Below are positions 63,925-64,000 of a stretch of 64,000 nt of DNA, one piece after another. The position numbers were made by a program, and so were the translations under genes. The notes under the pieces were generated by a model. The model was not told where the DNA came from. It saw only the letters and a list, made by a program, of their open reading frames with translations, and searched no databases. The DNA comes from an uncultured Planctomycetales bacterium (GTDB lineage Bacteria; Omnitrophota; Gorgyraeia; Zapsychrales; JANLHA01): NCBI GenBank assembly GCA_964474085.1, contig CAYYRJ010000008.1, positions 23,677 to 87,676 of the forward strand, in the 5' to 3' direction. Position 1 is the first letter of the stretch. The number at the start of each line of letters is the position of its first letter.

Positions 63925-64000
63925 ATGTTCGTTTGCTTTCAATCATTCTTGCCGTTTTGTTTTTCTTTTTGGTTATTGACCTGATCCGGCGCGAAAAATT
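63921..64000 (+). CDS. Start of a small membrane protein gene; partial, runs off the window
   Basis: ATG 63921 overlaps the GT2 stop; hydrophobic N-terminus MNVRLLSIILAVLFFFLVIDLI. Confidence 0.35.
   Translation, partial: MNVRLLSIILAVLFFFLVIDLIRREK

Overview
This is a bacterial chromosomal window, mostly on the + strand, with roughly 45% GC in core genes. From left to right it contains: (1) The 3' part of a heavy-metal efflux and resistance cluster: a CzcA/CusA-type RND pump fragment, a P-II-like protein, a YHS-domain protein and a CPC-type P-type ATPase. (2) An approximately 11 kb integrative island (about 4968-16068) ending in a tyrosine integrase whose stop codon overlaps tRNA-Pro(CGG). 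The island carries a ribbon-helix-helix gene, an AlpA-like excisionase, a frameshifted terS-like gene, a Toprim plus P-loop primase-helicase, XRE regulators with palindromic operators, and an AT-rich cargo of two large uncharacterised proteins (878 aa with HEAT repeats; about 460 aa with a PD-(D/E)xK-like motif). This cargo is the best candidate for a novel phage-defence-like system. (3) A housekeeping block: acyP, ligA, a XerC/D-family recombinase, cca, rbfA, nrnA, truB, ribF. (4) A long dcw cell-division and cell-wall cluster: mraZ, rsmH, ftsL, ftsI, murE, murF, mraY, murD, ftsW, murG, an inserted HExxH peptidase-like gene, murC, ddl, ftsQ, ftsA. It has a recognisable Pmra promoter with a triple-GTGG MraZ operator. 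It conspicuously lacks murB, and ftsZ does not follow ftsA. (5) A convergent minus-strand operon of secreted proteins, one with a tail-fibre chaperone-like C-terminus and one with an FGE-sulfatase domain. (6) TMTC-like, GT-C and GT2 glycosylation genes, gpx, purU, yceI, sixA, xseAB, a thermonuclease, and tRNA-Arg(TCG) followed by a hairpin-rich mini-element bounded by a 17-bp copy of the tRNA 3' end. (7) The glycine cleavage system (gcvT-H-PA-PB), a lipoate ligase and an S41 peptidase. A roughly 150-bp multi-hairpin intergenic repeat is present in two inverted copies (34820-34967 and 55727-55876), with compensatory stem substitutions. No CRISPR arrays and no rRNA were seen.
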